Position numbers and translations under genes: made by a program. DNA of 29,943 bases from an uncultured Thermococci archaeon (GTDB lineage: Archaea; Methanobacteriota_B; Thermococci; Thermococcales; Thermococcaceae). Position 1 is the stretch's first letter, and each line of letters opens with the position of its first letter. Where the stretch lies: contig CAZTOS010000022.1 in NCBI GenBank assembly GCA_964615185.1, positions 1 through 29,943 of the forward strand. The letters run 5' to 3'. Below the pieces are notes generated by a model, which saw nothing but the letters and a program-made list of their open reading frames with translations, ran no database searches and was not told the DNA's origin. Shown in pieces: positions 26,077 to 29,943 of the stretch.

Positions 26077-27561
26077 TTATTCCCTCTCCACAACTCTTGG
26101 TATCAACATTAAGGCACTGACTATAAAGACAAGCGTAGAGAATATCTCAAGCCTACCAATCCACATATGAAGGATCAGAAGTATCTTTATGTCCAAAGGG
26201 AGGGTAGGGGAGGTTATTCCAACACTCAGTCCTACGTTTCCTTGGGCAGAAGCAACTTCAAAAAATGCATTGGCAATGGAAATCCCGAGTCTTGCCATTA
26301 CCCATACAGTTCCTATAAGCAAGAAGGCAAGATACGTCATGGTAAAGCTGAATACCTCTTGAATTTCGTCTTCTGAGAAGATGTAATTACCGACTTTCCT
26401 CTTTATAACCGCACCTTTTGGGAGAATTGCCTGTTGAATTGTCCATTTTAGACTTTCATAGGTCAACGTTATTCGGATAAGCTTTATACCACCTGCTGTA
26501 CTTCCCGCACCTCCTCCCACAACCATCAGAAACCCTATCAGAAGTTTTGCAAGCTCAGGATATTTCGAAAGGTCATCAATTGAGAATCCGGTACATGTTA
26601 TGGCAGATACCGCATGAAAAATACTTTCTCTAAATGCTTTGGCGATCTGCATGTGATTCCAAATTATTAAGGAGTATCCCACTAATACTATCGTTGGAAT
26701 AAGAAAAATGAACATGTATCTTACCTGGATATCTTCAAAAAAGTGCCGTATGTTGCGGTTCTTAAACATCTTATAGTGAACCGTGAAGTTTACTGCACCC
26801 ATTATCATAAGAAAGATCGTAACCGCTTCTATACTCAGGCTATTAAAGTATCCTATGCTCAGGTCGTGGGAGCTCATACCACCTGTTCCCAAACCTGTCA
26901 TTGAATGAACGACTGCATCAAACATTGGCATTCCGTTGATGTAATAGAGATAGATACCCAATAGGGTTAGAACTGCATATATCTGGAAGATTATTTTGGA
27001 AGTATTGGCCAAATTTGGGAGAATTCTTTCAGTTCTTGCTTCGGCTTTGTAAAGTCTTGCTGCTGCAACCCCCGGACGAATTAAAATTGTAAGTGCAACC
27101 AAAACAATTCCAATTCCACCGAGCCACTGCATCCATGATCTCCAAAAGAGGAGTATGTGAGGATAACTTTCAAGATTGCTCATCATTGTAAGCCCTGTTC
27201 CCGTCCAAGCGGACATGCTTTCGAAATATGAGTCAATAAAACTCATGTGGGCAATTTTCATAAATGGAACAACACTTATAAAAGACGCAAAAAGCCAGAC
27301 AAATGCTGCAGAGATCATTGCCTGTCTAAGGTTCACATCTTCGATCATCTTGATGTGTCTTCCAAGCCAAGCTCCAAGGAGAATGCTTATTATACCGGGG
27401 GTTACAAAGTAGTAAATGTACATGATTTCATCAGGATAGAACCACACAATTAAAGGAGGAATCAGATAAGCCAGCCCAATACCCTGAAGCAGCGCACCTA
27501 TTAAATTTTTAACAACAAAAAGGTCTTCAGTTAGATTAATGTATCTCCTGATTCCAAGCAT
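26077..27561 (-). CDS. trkH: TrkH family potassium uptake membrane protein
   Basis: Multiple transmembrane helices with four P-loops (SAWTGTG, GLGTGG, AITCTGF, SAQGNVG), GSTAGGIK and GRLE. Confidence 0.93.
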   Translation of the reverse strand: MLGIRRYINLTEDLFVVKNLIGALLQGIGLAYLIPPLIVWFYPDEIMYIYYFVTPGIISILLGAWLGRHIKMIEDVNLRQAMISAAFVWLFASFISVVPFMKIAHMSFIDSYFESMSAWTGTGLTMMSNLESYPHILLFWRSWMQWLGGIGIVLVALTILIRPGVAAARLYKAEARTERILPNLANTSKIIFQIYAVLTLLGIYLYYINGMPMFDAVVHSMTGLGTGGMSSHDLSIGYFNSLSIEAVTIFLMIMGAVNFTVHYKMFKNRNIRHFFEDIQVRYMFIFLIPTIVLVGYSLIIWNHMQIAKAFRESIFHAVSAITCTGFSIDDLSKYPELAKLLIGFLMVVGGGAGSTAGGIKLIRITLTYESLKWTIQQAILPKGAVIKRKVGNYIFSEDEIQEVFSFTMTYLAFLLIGTVWVMARLGISIANAFFEVASAQGNVGLSVGITSPTLPLDIKILLILHMWIGRLEIFSTLVFIVSALMLIPRVVERE

Positions 27562-27619
27562 TCGCTCACCACAAAACTAAAAATCACAATCAAATAAAAG
27601 ATTTTCGTGAGGGAAGTGC

Positions 27620-29798
<2,179 letters not shown>

Positions 29799-29864
29799 TT
29801 GTTTAATTATTTTATTGTGTTTTTCTTTAATTCTTGCTATTAAAGCTTATAAAAAGCTCGGCGT

Positions 29865-29943
29865 TGGCGCCGGGGCGGGGATTTGAACCCCGGCGGGCGA
29901 ACGCCCAGTGGATCTCGAGTCCACCGCCTTCCCTGGCTAGGCT
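29865..29943 (-). tRNA. tRNA-Ser(CGA), 5' end cut by the window edge
   Basis: The reverse complement shows anticodon arm GTGGA-CT-CGA-GA-TCCAC, long variable arm GGGCGTTCGCCC, T-loop GGTTCAAATCC and a GCCA end. Confidence 0.93.

Noticed and set aside
29865..29943. tRNA-like sequence as a possible second att site
   Set aside because: It is a distinct tRNA-Ser(CGA) with a long variable arm, on the opposite strand and separated from the island by core genes.

Overview
This is an archaeal chromosome segment, most likely Thermococcales (inferred from BRE/TATA promoters, GGTGA ribosome-binding sites, Hjc, M42 lysyl aminopeptidase and archaemetzincin). Housekeeping genes flank a ~14.7 kb accessory island (about 4420-19100) that starts at the 3' end of tRNA-Thr(CGT). 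An unlisted, start-less minus-strand frame runs antisense into the tRNA and looks like the Int(N) half of a split SSV1/pT26-2-type integrase; no Int(C) or second att copy is visible. The island carries a three-gene helicase / DUF1156 methyltransferase / DUF499 ATPase defence scaffold (Hma-like). Each of its two inter-gene gaps holds a cassette with the same layout: an antisense two-gene operon ending in a PIN nuclease, plus one divergent sense-strand gene. Cassette 1 is a DUF3368-type PIN, a SocA/YwgA-like-UPF0175 fusion and a highly divergent TGT-like protein. Cassette 2 is a frameshifted long PIN, a helical partner protein and a predicted lipoprotein. These cassettes are the best candidates for undescribed systems. 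All family assignments come from motifs read by eye; no database search was run.
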